Assembly (NCBI GenBank): GCA_038245905.1
Contig: JBBRRY010000037.1
Coordinates: 1-33,551 of the forward strand
DNA from: Thermoanaerobaculia bacterium
Lineage (GTDB): Bacteria > Acidobacteriota > Thermoanaerobaculia > UBA5066
Length of the DNA stretch: 33,551 nt
Direction of reading: 5' to 3'
In this document: one piece after another, positions 1-9,027 of the stretch
Layout of the letters: the number at the start of each line of letters is the position of its first letter
How positions within the stretch are numbered: position 1 is the first letter of the stretch
The notes under the pieces: generated by a model
The model's input: only the letters and a program-made list of their open reading frames with translations
What the model was told of the DNA's origin: nothing
Database searches by the model: none
Made by a program: the position numbers and the translations under genes

Positions 1-116
1 ACGGCGGATGGATGGGGATGGGCGGGATGGGCTCCTACTGGCTCGTCCCGGCCTTGCTGGTCGTGCTCGTGGTCTTCGCCCTTCTCGCTTTCAGGCGCTC
101 CCGGAACGGCCGCTAG
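1..116 (+). CDS. 3' end of a small membrane protein (5'-truncated by window)
   Basis: Frame from base 3 reads GGWMGMGGMGSYWLVPALLVVLVVFALLAFRRSRNGR-stop (TAG 114-116): Gly/Met-rich stretch, one hydrophobic helix, basic tail. Not in ORF track; overlaps the 3' end of the convergent ceramidase-like gene. Confidence 0.6.
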   Translation, partial: GGWMGMGGMGSYWLVPALLVVLVVFALLAFRRSRNGR

Positions 117-837
117 GTGGAGCAGCGGGCCGCCCCGTAGTCTTCTGCGGTTTGCCCTCCTCGTAGCGCAGCTGCCTGAACTGGATGTAGTACTCGAAGA
201 GGAAGTACATCGCCAGTGCATCGAGGAGGTGCCATGCCGCGTGGCCGGAGATCCAGTGATTGGACGGATCGCAGAGAGTCTTTCGGATGTCGAGCGTCCA
301 GAGGGCATAGGCCACGAGGAAGACGGCCCAGTAACCAAGCAGCCACCGGTATCGTATCGTCTTGCCGTACTTGACGAAGAGGATCGCCTCCAGGCCCACG
401 CAGCAAAGAGTCGTCTCGGCAACGTAGTAGACCGTGGGATGGCGAAGAGACTCCGGAACCATGAGCCCCATCCCGACGAGGAAGTTTCCCCAGAAGAAGA
501 GCCGGATGATGTTGCGGGACCGGCCGGAGAGGCGCCGGACGTTCACCGCGAGCATGTACGAGGCGCCGAGATACATGCCCGCCCAGTCGGCGAAGCGGCC
601 GATCAGCGTTTCGGAGGCGTGAAAGAAGGCAGAGCCGAGGCCGGTGGCGATGGCTACGTAGCCGAGGCCGCGAAGATGCTCGGCACCCACGCGTCGAGAC
701 CGATAGAGAATCGCGACGCCCGCGAGCAGGAAGCCGATGTTCGACCAGGTATTTCCCGGCTGTCGAATCCAGCCGCAGAGCGATTCCTCGCAGAATTCCG
801 CGGGCGCGCGGACGAGGCCGTCCCAGGGGCAAGTCAT
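91..837 (-). CDS. Alkaline ceramidase-like CREST-superfamily membrane hydrolase
   Basis: C-terminal 248 aa of ORF 91..1959, from ATG 837 (MTCPWDG). Motifs FCEE, QPGNTWSN, SAFFH (SxxxH) and HAAWH (HxxxH), plus about 7 hydrophobic segments. Confidence 0.8.
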   Translation of the reverse strand: MTCPWDGLVRAPAEFCEESLCGWIRQPGNTWSNIGFLLAGVAILYRSRRVGAEHLRGLGYVAIATGLGSAFFHASETLIGRFADWAGMYLGASYMLAVNVRRLSGRSRNIIRLFFWGNFLVGMGLMVPESLRHPTVYYVAETTLCCVGLEAILFVKYGKTIRYRWLLGYWAVFLVAYALWTLDIRKTLCDPSNHWISGHAAWHLLDALAMYFLFEYYIQFRQLRYEEGKPQKTTGRPAAPPSGRSGSA

Positions 838-866
838 ATCCGCATCATCCTGTTTCCCGTGGAGCC

Positions 867-1952
867 TCAGCGCTTCACGGGAGCACCGGGTGCGGGGGCG
901 GGCGCGGAGGGTGCGCGGGAGGCATCGAGTCCGGCCGTCGCCGGGGCCTTGCCGAGGAGGTAGTTCACCATTTCGTTCACATTCATCGTGGAGACGTTCG
1001 AGCCCGGTACGATGAGAATCTTCTTCTGCGCGAGCTGCTTGGCGACCTGCATCTTCACGTACGCGTCGCCGCCGAGCTTCCCGAGCGCATCGGCCTCCTT
1101 GCGCAGGCCCTCGGCCTCGGCCTGCGCGACGGCGATCGTGGCTTTCGCGAGGTTCGTCTTCGTCTGGTAGTAGCCGTCGGCCTCGTTCTTGATGCGGCCC
1201 GCCTCGCCGAGCGCGTCCTCGAGGCGCCGGTTCCATTCGGAGCGCTTTCCCTCCAGCTCGCTCTGCTTCTGGACGGCGATGTTCTTCTGCTGCTCGACAA
1301 GAGTCTGGACGTCGGCCTCGGCCTGCTTCTGGGCGTTGATCGCCTCCTGATACTCCTTGTCGAAGCGGTGCTGCTGAACCTGGAGCTGGTCGACGAGAAT
1401 TCCGAATGGCGCGAGCTCCTTCGCGACCTGCTCCTTTGCTTTTGCTGCCATCCGGTTTTTCACCGTCACCTGGTAATACTCCTCGCTCGTGATCTCGTTG
1501 AACACGTCGCGGATGGTCGAACGCGAGAGGGGCCGGACGAGGCGCTCCTTGATCTCGAGCGCGGACTGCCCGACGTTCGAGACCAGATAGTCGGCCCGCT
1601 TCGGGTCGATGCGCCACATGACGTTCACGTCGATGTAGACGTTGTTGCCGTCCTTCGTCTTGAACGTGATGTCGTCCCGCCCGAGGCGGTCGCCTTCGTT
1701 CGGATTCGCCGACATGTAGAGGTTCTGCTGCGAGATCGGAAGCGTGTTCCAGGTGTTGATGACGGGCAGGAAGAAGTAGACGCCGCCCGGCGCGTAGACC
1801 TCCTGCGTCCCGCGCTTCTCGAAGAACCAGACGAGGCGGGTTCGGACGCCGACTTCCGTCGACGACGTCGCGCCGCAGCCCGTGAGCGTAAGGACGAGGA
1901 GGAGTGCCGCTCCCGCGCGGAAGGGGCGGGCACGGCGCCCGGATGCGTTCAC
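867..1952 (-). CDS. SPFH/band-7 family protein, probable lipoprotein
   Basis: Lipobox-like LTLTGC; EVGVR, YAPGGVYFF, ITFKTKDGNNVYIDVNVMWRID; Ala/Glu/Lys coiled-coil tail; GTGA overlap with upstream gene. Confidence 0.85.
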   Translation of the reverse strand: MNASGRRARPFRAGAALLLVLTLTGCGATSSTEVGVRTRLVWFFEKRGTQEVYAPGGVYFFLPVINTWNTLPISQQNLYMSANPNEGDRLGRDDITFKTKDGNNVYIDVNVMWRIDPKRADYLVSNVGQSALEIKERLVRPLSRSTIRDVFNEITSEEYYQVTVKNRMAAKAKEQVAKELAPFGILVDQLQVQQHRFDKEYQEAINAQKQAEADVQTLVEQQKNIAVQKQSELEGKRSEWNRRLEDALGEAGRIKNEADGYYQTKTNLAKATIAVAQAEAEGLRKEADALGKLGGDAYVKMQVAKQLAQKKILIVPGSNVSTMNVNEMVNYLLGKAPATAGLDASRAPSAPAPAPGAPVKR

Positions 1953-3049
1953 TTGGCACCCCCGGCCGGGGCCGGCCCCGGATTGACTCCGATGACGCTC
2001 CAGGCGTTGCGGATGAACGCGATGTACTGCTCGGGCGTCATCACCGCGCCCTCGATGTTGTCGAACATCTTCGCGGTCTCGAGGGCGACGACGTAGCGGC
2101 CCCCGGCCTGCGTGAGCGCCTCGGCCTTGAGCCTCTTCGCCTCGGCGCCCGCGACGTTGATCTCCCGGTCGCCTTTCGCGCGCACCTGCGAGGCATACAG
2201 CTCGGCCTCCGCGCGGACTTTCGAGATCTTCGCGGCCACCTCGGATTCGGCGATCGTGATGGACGCGTTTCCCTTCGACTCGATGCGGCCGAGCTTCGCC
2301 TTCTCCTCGTTGACGAGGCTTTCTTTCCGGTTTTTCTCGGCGAGCTGCACGGCGACCTTCTTGTCGTGGAGCGACCTCTCGTAGGCTGCCGCGTAGGCGT
2401 AGTTTCGGAGGAGGAGCTTCTCGACCCGGAAGCCGCGCTCCAAGAACCGCTGCTTGAGCGTGTTCTCGGCCTCGAGGACGGCGGCAATCCGGACCGCTTC
2501 GTCGTAGAACGACTCCGCGTTCATCTTGCCGAGCGTCGTCAGGACGCCGTTCTGGAACGTATTGATGACGAACGACTGGATGTAGAGCGTGCCCCAGCCG
2601 AACTCCCGGGCCACTCTCACGGGATCCGCGATGGAATAGAGAAGCGTCACTTCCGCGCTCACGGCATAGCCGTCGGACGTCTGGACGTTGATGGCCTCGA
2701 TCGTGCGGTGCGTCTCCTTGCCCAGCACTTTTTCGCGCACGCGTGCGCGCTCGACGGACTCGCTCTGGCTGCCGGCCGCCTCGAGGACGTGGATTTCCCG
2801 CGAGAACGTGTGCATCGTCGTGCCGGGCCCGACGACGTAAAGGCCCGGCCCGAACGTCCGCTCGACGATTCCCACTTTGAAGCCGAACTTCCGCTGCTCG
2901 ACGCCCATCTCGTTCGGCAGGACGCGGACCGTGCAGGCCGTGTAGAGAAAGATGATGGCGAGAGTTCCGAGGATGCCCGCGATTCCGAGGCGCCGCACGA
3001 AGCCGGTCAGCGCATCGAGAGCGTTCCTCTTCCCCAGGACTTCGACCAT
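1949..3049 (-). CDS. SPFH/band-7 family protein with N-terminal TM helix
   Basis: VRVLPNEMGV, FGPGLY, INVQTSDGYAVSAEVTLLYSI and coiled-coil C-terminus; start overlaps upstream stop (TGATG). Confidence 0.85.
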   Translation of the reverse strand: MVEVLGKRNALDALTGFVRRLGIAGILGTLAIIFLYTACTVRVLPNEMGVEQRKFGFKVGIVERTFGPGLYVVGPGTTMHTFSREIHVLEAAGSQSESVERARVREKVLGKETHRTIEAINVQTSDGYAVSAEVTLLYSIADPVRVAREFGWGTLYIQSFVINTFQNGVLTTLGKMNAESFYDEAVRIAAVLEAENTLKQRFLERGFRVEKLLLRNYAYAAAYERSLHDKKVAVQLAEKNRKESLVNEEKAKLGRIESKGNASITIAESEVAAKISKVRAEAELYASQVRAKGDREINVAGAEAKRLKAEALTQAGGRYVVALETAKMFDNIEGAVMTPEQYIAFIRNAWSVIGVNPGPAPAGGAK

Positions 3050-3756
3050 CAGGAGCCCTCCTTCAATGCCTTCCGCGTGTCCATCTTCGCCGGCTGTGCC
3101 GCGATGAGCGGCGCGTCAAGGGCCGCGCGCCGCATCGGCTCGGCGCTCATGAAGTAGTGGAAGTCGATCCGGGCGATCTCGTGGTCCGCGTTCGCGACGA
3201 TACGGTTCATCTCCCTTTCGTACTGGCGAATCATCAAGATCCGCCGGATGTCCGGGAACACGAGCCCACCGAGCATGAACGGGATGATCCATTCCTTGGA
3301 CCAGAGCGGAATGAACGGCGCGATGATGACGAGAGTGCCGACGATGATTCCGGCCAGGGCCCATCCGAAGCGCTCGAGGCCGTGGAACGGCTCCGGGACG
3401 AGATAGAAACCGTTCCGTTCCCGCGGCGTGAAACGCGTTGCGAGCCGGATGTACGCGGGCAGAACGACCTTGCGGATCAGGTCATCCACGTTTCGGAAGA
3501 GCTCCGCTTTCGCTGGAGGGTCGAGCAGAGTCGCTTCGCGGTCGATGACGTCGCGGAGGCGCGGGATCTCTTTCTCGTAGAGACCGGTGAAGAATGCCTC
3601 CGGGGTCTCGCCATCCCTCAGGGGCCGGTCCGACAGACCGGGGCGGCAGTTTTCGAACGTCTGCAGCAGCGAATCCACGAAGCCGTCCAATGCGCGCACG
3701 GAGCTCGAGCCAGGGTGTGCAACGAGAGTCAAAATCCGTGCGAGCGCAGAATTCAC
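3049..3756 (-). CDS. Hypothetical membrane protein (2 TM), first gene of SPFH operon
   Basis: ORF 3049..3852; likely start is GTG 3756 (VNSALARIL), 10 nt after TAGAAT (3767-3772). Helical soluble N-part, then hydrophobic hairpin WALAGIIVGTLVIIAPFIPLW...WIIPFMLGGLVF. Confidence 0.7.
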   Translation of the reverse strand: MNSALARILTLVAHPGSSSVRALDGFVDSLLQTFENCRPGLSDRPLRDGETPEAFFTGLYEKEIPRLRDVIDREATLLDPPAKAELFRNVDDLIRKVVLPAYIRLATRFTPRERNGFYLVPEPFHGLERFGWALAGIIVGTLVIIAPFIPLWSKEWIIPFMLGGLVFPDIRRILMIRQYEREMNRIVANADHEIARIDFHYFMSAEPMRRAALDAPLIAAQPAKMDTRKALKEGS

Positions 3757-3842
3757 AGTGCGGGCGATTCTAGCCTTCCAGGCCCGGGGCGCGAACCACC
3801 CGCATCTCCAATGCCGGGAGCACGGGGGTAAGCTGACCCGGC

Positions 3843-4244
3843 ATGACGACAACGTACACGCTCGTCTACGACCGTGACTGCCGGTTCTGCGCGCGCTCGG
3901 TGGACCTCGTGGCTACGTGGGATCGCAGGGGGACGGTGGAAATCGTTCCCTTCCAGCGCGGCGGCGTAAGGGAGCGCTTCCCGTGGATCCCCGAGGCTGC
4001 GTATCACGAGGCCATGCAGCTCGTCGGGCCCGGCAACGAGACGTGGAGCGGCGCGGCCGCCGCCGAACGGCTCGTGAACATCCTGCCGGGCGGGCGCCCT
4101 CTCGGATGCTTGTTCACGCTGCCGTTCGCTCGCCCCATGGCCGACCGTGTCTACGGCCTCGTCGCGCGGAATCGTTACCGCCTCGGCTGCGGCACGCACT
4201 GTGCCGTGCCGCGCCCGAAGGGCAGACCTACTCCGGAAGGATGA
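3843..4244 (+). CDS. DCC-family (DUF393) thiol-disulfide oxidoreductase-like protein
   Basis: N-terminal LVYDRDCRFC (DxxCxxC) and C-terminal YGLVARNRYRLG, both typical of the family. Confidence 0.88.
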   Translation: MTTTYTLVYDRDCRFCARSVDLVATWDRRGTVEIVPFQRGGVRERFPWIPEAAYHEAMQLVGPGNETWSGAAAAERLVNILPGGRPLGCLFTLPFARPMADRVYGLVARNRYRLGCGTHCAVPRPKGRPTPEG

Positions 4245-4905
4245 CTTCCGTCCGGCGGTTCAGCGCGCGGCCCTCGGCCGTCGTGTTCGGCGCAACCTCG
4301 AACTGCTTGCCGAAGCCCTGTGTCTTGAGGCGCGCCGAGTCCACCTTCTGGTTCACGAGGAAGTTCCGCACGGCTTCGGCGCGCTGCAGCGAGAGCTTGT
4401 CGTTGAAGGCGTCGCTGCCGGTCGCGTCGGTGTAGCCGCACACGTAGACGACGGCCTTCGGAAAGTACTGGTTCAGGATCTCGGCCTGTTTGGCGAGGAC
4501 GGGCAGCGCGTCCGGCTTGAGATCGGACTTCGCCGAGTCGAAGCAGACCTTCTCCGCGTATTCGAAGACGAGGACGCGCGTCATGCCGAGCTTCTTCGCG
4601 ACAGGGGAGATCCCGCCCTTGCCCATGCGGAAGATGACCTGCGCCTGGTCGGGCGACACGATCCGGATGCGCTTCTCGACGACCTCGAGATCCGCGCTCG
4701 ACGCCGTGATCGACGAGACGTCCTCGAACGTCTTCACGTTGAGGGATTTTGGTGTCTCGCCGAGGACCTTGCCCTTGTACGTCACGGTGGCCTTCTCCGG
4801 GTCCGAAAGGACGTCGATCGCCATCTTCATCTCGACGCCGCGCGTGCAGCCCGCGAGGAGCGTGGCGAGGGCGAACGGCAGCGCGATGCGGGTGGACTTC
4901 TTCAT
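4228..4905 (-). CDS. OmpA-family peptidoglycan-binding lipoprotein with PEGA-like N-domain
   Basis: Lipobox LLAGC; SDPEKATVTYKGKVLGETP (PEGA-like); GYTDATGSDAFNDKLSLQRAEAV and NRRTEV (OmpA_C); SD GGGAGG upstream. Confidence 0.9.
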   Translation of the reverse strand: MKKSTRIALPFALATLLAGCTRGVEMKMAIDVLSDPEKATVTYKGKVLGETPKSLNVKTFEDVSSITASSADLEVVEKRIRIVSPDQAQVIFRMGKGGISPVAKKLGMTRVLVFEYAEKVCFDSAKSDLKPDALPVLAKQAEILNQYFPKAVVYVCGYTDATGSDAFNDKLSLQRAEAVRNFLVNQKVDSARLKTQGFGKQFEVAPNTTAEGRALNRRTEVILPE

Positions 4906-4959
4906 GGACGGCCTCCCTTCGGGATTTGAGCGGGCATTATCTAACGGATCGACGTTTGC

Positions 4960-6543
4960 TCAGAAACGAATCGAAAGGAGAAAGCGGCCTTCGACGGTTC
5001 GCCCTCTTTCGTCCCGCGCCGCCTTGTAGCGGTTGCGCGCGACTGCCTCGAGGGCGATCGCGTCGCAGTCGGCGGACGCAGAGGAGATCACACGCCTGCT
5101 CTTGAGGCTGCCGTCCTCTCCAACAACGAGAGAGACGCCGACGACCTTGCCGCCGCAAGCACGCTCCTGCGCGGCCGTCAGGGAGATCGTCGCCTCCTCC
5201 GCGACGTCCGGGGGCGTCCTGGCGTGTCGGGTGACGTCCGGCGGTGGCGCCGTCCTGGCAAGCGCTGGGGCGCGCGTCGGAGCCTCGCGGGGGAGTCGCG
5301 TGGGCGCCGGAAGGGCAGTCGGCCTCGCGACGGTCACGAGGGTGGGCACCGCCGTGGGTGCGGGGGCGGTCGAAACGGCGAGCGGAGCGGCCGTAGCGGT
5401 CATGGTGGCGGTAGCGGCCCGAGCGGGAGCGGGTGTCTGCGCGGGTGTCGGAACGGGCGTCGCGACTGGCGCCGGAGCGCGCGTCAGGAACCATCCGCCC
5501 GCGAGGACGGCGACGACGGCGACGATGAGTCCGGCGATGGCCGGCCAGAGCCAGGCCGGGCGCCTGGTCGGCACGGGAGCGCGGGAGGGGAAGGCCGGGG
5601 GCTCATCGGGCGCGCGTGCCGGGCGCGGGACCGCCTCGGGCCGCGCCGGCGCGGCCGGGCTCTCGCTGGAAATCGCGCGCGCTCGCGTAGTCCTGGGGTG
5701 CACCTCGGCGAGGAACGCTTCGAGGTCGTCCCGCATTTCGGCGGCGTTCGCGTAGCGCGCGTCCCGATCCCTCTCGAGAGATCGAGAGACGATGCGTTCG
5801 ATCTCGGGGTGGATGCCCGCACGCTTCGTGGAGAGCCGCGGAGCTTCCTCGGTGAGACGCCGCGCGAGGGCCGACATGTTCTCCGTGCGGTACGGGATGA
5901 CCCCGGCGAGGAGCTGGAACAGCGTGACGCCGAGCGAGTAGACGTCCGTGCGCCCGTCCAGCGGCTGGCCGCGGAGCTGCTCGGGAGACAGATAGGCCGG
6001 CGAGCCGAGAATGAAGCCGGTCTGCGTCTTCACGAGGCTCTCGCCGATCTTCGCGATGCCGAAGTCCATCAGGTACGGCCGCCCGCGCTTGTCGAGAAGA
6101 ACGTTGTCGGGCTTGATGTCGCGATGGACGACGCCGAGCGCATGGCTGTAGTCCAGGGCGTCGAGGAGCGGAACCACGATCCGCGCCGCCGCCTCCGCGT
6201 CGAACGTGCCGCGCTTCGCGAGCTCCTCACTGAGGGAGGGTCCGTCCACGAACTGCATCGAGTACCAGAGCATTCCTTCGACGTGGCCGAAGTCGTAGAC
6301 CTTTACGATGCTCGGATGCTCGAGCGAGGCCGCTACGCGCGCCTCCTGACGGAATCGTCGCGCGAAGTCCGAGTCCTTTCCGTGCGATTCGTGCAGGACC
6401 TTGAGGGCCTCGAAGCGCTCGAGGCTCGTGCTCCTCACCTGATACACGGAGGCGAATCCGCCGCGTCCCAGGAAGCCGAACACTTCATAGCGGTCGCCGA
6501 GGAGCTTCTCCACCATCCGGCCGCGATCGTCGACGGGCTGCAC
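4960..6543 (-). CDS. Hanks-type Ser/Thr kinase - TM - Pro/Thr/Ala linker - TonB C-terminal-like domain (paralog 1)
   Basis: GRGGFA, ALK, HRDIKPDN, DFG, SPE; TM WLWPAIAGLIVAVVAVLAGGWFL; C-terminal VGVSLVVGEDGSL...ALEAVARNRYKAARDERGRTV...SIRF resembles TonB_C. Confidence 0.9.
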   Translation of the reverse strand: MQPVDDRGRMVEKLLGDRYEVFGFLGRGGFASVYQVRSTSLERFEALKVLHESHGKDSDFARRFRQEARVAASLEHPSIVKVYDFGHVEGMLWYSMQFVDGPSLSEELAKRGTFDAEAAARIVVPLLDALDYSHALGVVHRDIKPDNVLLDKRGRPYLMDFGIAKIGESLVKTQTGFILGSPAYLSPEQLRGQPLDGRTDVYSLGVTLFQLLAGVIPYRTENMSALARRLTEEAPRLSTKRAGIHPEIERIVSRSLERDRDARYANAAEMRDDLEAFLAEVHPRTTRARAISSESPAAPARPEAVPRPARAPDEPPAFPSRAPVPTRRPAWLWPAIAGLIVAVVAVLAGGWFLTRAPAPVATPVPTPAQTPAPARAATATMTATAAPLAVSTAPAPTAVPTLVTVARPTALPAPTRLPREAPTRAPALARTAPPPDVTRHARTPPDVAEEATISLTAAQERACGGKVVGVSLVVGEDGSLKSRRVISSASADCDAIALEAVARNRYKAARDERGRTVEGRFLLSIRF

Positions 6544-6581
6544 AGCGCATGTTAACGCCAGGAACGTGGCATCGTCTCCCC

Positions 6582-7451
6582 GTGACGACTCTTACGCTCC
6601 TCGTGGATGCGGACCCGAGCCTCGAGACGGTGGGACTCGACGTCGACGACGACCTCGCGCTCCTCTTCCTCCTCGGATCGCCCGAAGTGGCTCTCCGCGG
6701 TGTCACGACGGTGTTCGGAAATTCGTGGGGCGCCCTCACGCATCTTTCCGCCCGGCGTACGCTCCGGCGCGCGGGACGTGGCGATGTGCCCGTGGTCCGT
6801 GGCGCGGACGCGCCGCGCGACGCGGCCGGCGCGAGGCGCGCGGGCGAGGCGCTCCTTCGCTCCGTTCGGGCACATCCGGGCGCAACGCTTCTCACGCTGG
6901 GGCCGCTCACGAACGTGGCGGCCGCGGCGGACGATCCGGAGTTCGGTGCCCGCCTCGGCGCCCTCGTCGTGATGGGAGGCCGGTTGACGAACGCCGAGTC
7001 GGACTTCAACGTCCGGAAAGACCCGGCCGCGGCGGCCCGCGTCCTCGCGCTCGCCTGTCCGAAGACGTTCGTGACGTTCGATCTCGGCCTCGGGATCGCG
7101 ATCACGCCGGGCGATACGGATGCGCTCTCTGCCGATCCCGCGAGCGCCGTTTCGCGCCGGCGAGGGCGGCTCAAGAGCTTCGCGCGACTGAAGAGAACCT
7201 GGCGGGCGCTTCACGCCGGAGCGCCGGGCGAGGCGGCGGGTGGATTCCACCCGTGGGACGTTCTCGCGGCCGCGGCGGTCACGCACCCCGGACTCTTCGA
7301 ATTTACCGCGGAATCCATCGCGTTCGACGCGCGGGGGCGGACGCACCTCGGACGAGCGGACGGCACCGCCGTCTCGATGACGGCCTCCGTGGACGCGGAC
7401 GGCTTTCGCGCGCTCTTTCTCTCGCGGATCGCGGCCCCGAGGAGTCAGTAG
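6582..7451 (+). CDS. Nucleoside hydrolase (IU-NH family)
   Basis: LLVDAD...DVDDDLAL, VTTVFGN, LGPLTN, VMGG, DFNVRKDP, HPWD. GTG 6582 preferred over ATG 6549 because it gives the usual N-terminal length and follows a -10-like hexamer. Confidence 0.85.
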   Translation: MTTLTLLVDADPSLETVGLDVDDDLALLFLLGSPEVALRGVTTVFGNSWGALTHLSARRTLRRAGRGDVPVVRGADAPRDAAGARRAGEALLRSVRAHPGATLLTLGPLTNVAAAADDPEFGARLGALVVMGGRLTNAESDFNVRKDPAAAARVLALACPKTFVTFDLGLGIAITPGDTDALSADPASAVSRRRGRLKSFARLKRTWRALHAGAPGEAAGGFHPWDVLAAAAVTHPGLFEFTAESIAFDARGRTHLGRADGTAVSMTASVDADGFRALFLSRIAAPRSQ

Positions 7452-9010
7452 CGGACAGAGATCGTGAGTCGCCCTTCGACGGGCCGGTCGTGCTCGTCTC
7501 TCTCGGCGCGGAAGCGATAGCGCGATACGGCGTCGAGGGCAACGCCGTCACATGCCGCCCCCGCGCTCGAGATGACGCGACTGCTCTTCAGGCTTCCGTC
7601 TGCGGCCACGACCACCGTGATGCCGACCGTCTTCCCGCCGCACGTGTCCGCGAGCGACAGAGGGATGTCGACGACCGCCTCTTCCTCCACATCGGCCCGA
7701 ACCCGAGGAACCCGAGGGATGGATGCTCCATCGGAGGTGGAGGCGGCAGCAGGAGCCGGCTTCGTGCCGCGAACTGCCGCCGTGGTGCGGGCCGGTGCCG
7801 GAGACGGCGCCGGGGTCGAAGTCGAAGCGGCGGCCGGCGCGACCGCGGTCGTGGGCGCCGGAGTCGCCGGAGCGGGAGGGCGCAGTCCTGGCGTCTCTTC
7901 TTTCGCGCGCCTCTGCATGACGGAGGCGTAGACCAGGGCGCCGAGGACGAGCGCGACGCCCGCGGCGAGCCAGCGGGCTCCGCGCATCGGACGGCGAGCG
8001 ATTGGAAGGTTCGCCTTTGCGCCTCGGGGAGCCCTCGCTCCGGCGGAGGCCGCGGCGGAGGAAAGAACGCTCGTGCCGCCACCTGTGTCTTCGGCCGGGG
8101 AGGGAGACGCTGGACCGGCCCCGACTCGCGGCATGGCGCCCGAACGCGACCGCGCGGGCGCGCCGCTCGCGTCGAGGAATGCCTCGAGCGCGGCGCGCAT
8201 CTCCGCCGCCGTCGCGAACCGGTTCTCGCGCTCGCGAGCGAGCGCTTTGAGGACGATGCGCTCGAGCTCGGGCGCGAGGTCGTGCGCCTTGGCCGACGGT
8301 GGCTCGGGGTCTTCCGTGAGGCGCCGGGTCATGGTCGCGATGCGGTCGTCCGACCGGAACGGGATTTCTCCTGTGAGCATCTGGTAGAGCGTGACGCCGG
8401 CCGCGTAGAGATCGCTGCGCCCGTCGAGCGAATGTCCGCGAAGCTGCTCGGGCGAGAGATAGCCCGGCGTGCCCAGGATCTTGCCCTCCGCCGTCTCCTG
8501 CACGTCGTCGTCCTGCTTCACGATTCCAAAGTCCATGAGGTAAGGGCGTTCGTCCGCGTCGAGAATGATGTTGTCCGGCTTGACGTCGCGGTGTACGACG
8601 CCGCCCCGATGGACGACCTCGAGCGCCTCGAGGAGAGGCACGAGCAGCCCCGCCGCGTCCCCGCCGAGCATCCGGCCATGGCGTTCGAGCCGCGCCCTGA
8701 GCGTCGGCCCGTCGACGAACTGCATCGAATACCAGAACGTCCCGCTCGCATTCCCGAAGTCGTAGACGCGCACGACGTTCGGGTGCTCGAGCGACGCCGC
8801 GATGCGCGCCTCGCGCTCAAAACGCGCCGCAAACTTCGGATCGCTGCCCCGGGCCTCGAAAAGAACCTTAAGCGCTTCCACGCGGTCCAGCCGAAGATTT
8901 CGCACGCGATAGACGGCCGCGAATCCACCCTGCCCGAGAAAGCCCTCGAAGGCGTAGCGATCCTTGAGCCGCGCCTCCACGGCGCGCCCGCGTTCGTCCA
9001 GCGGAAGCAC
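7445..9010 (-). CDS. Hanks-type Ser/Thr kinase - TM - Pro/Ala linker - TonB C-terminal-like domain (paralog 2)
   Basis: GQGGFA, ALK, HRDVKPDN, DFG, GTPGYLSPE; TM WLAAGVALVLGALVYASVM; C-terminal VGITVVVAADGSL...ALDAVSRYRFRAERDEHDRPV...SVRY. Confidence 0.9.
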   Translation of the reverse strand: MLPLDERGRAVEARLKDRYAFEGFLGQGGFAAVYRVRNLRLDRVEALKVLFEARGSDPKFAARFEREARIAASLEHPNVVRVYDFGNASGTFWYSMQFVDGPTLRARLERHGRMLGGDAAGLLVPLLEALEVVHRGGVVHRDVKPDNIILDADERPYLMDFGIVKQDDDVQETAEGKILGTPGYLSPEQLRGHSLDGRSDLYAAGVTLYQMLTGEIPFRSDDRIATMTRRLTEDPEPPSAKAHDLAPELERIVLKALARERENRFATAAEMRAALEAFLDASGAPARSRSGAMPRVGAGPASPSPAEDTGGGTSVLSSAAASAGARAPRGAKANLPIARRPMRGARWLAAGVALVLGALVYASVMQRRAKEETPGLRPPAPATPAPTTAVAPAAASTSTPAPSPAPARTTAAVRGTKPAPAAASTSDGASIPRVPRVRADVEEEAVVDIPLSLADTCGGKTVGITVVVAADGSLKSSRVISSAGAACDGVALDAVSRYRFRAERDEHDRPVEGRLTISVRY

Positions 9011-9027
9011 GGGGCGATCCTATCCCG

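Noticed and set aside
838-1959. N-terminal 374 aa of the 622-aa ORF, suggesting an SPFH-ceramidase fusion or frameshift
   Set aside because: Arg/Gly-rich off-frame shadow of the SPFH gene, which has its own stop at 867; the hydrolase has its own ATG at 837.
5230-5480. Repetitive-looking DNA in the kinase linkers (also 7730-7880) and SMC arms
   Set aside because: Low-complexity Pro/Thr/Ala or coiled-coil coding sequence; no fixed-period repeat-spacer structure, so not CRISPR or a VNTR.
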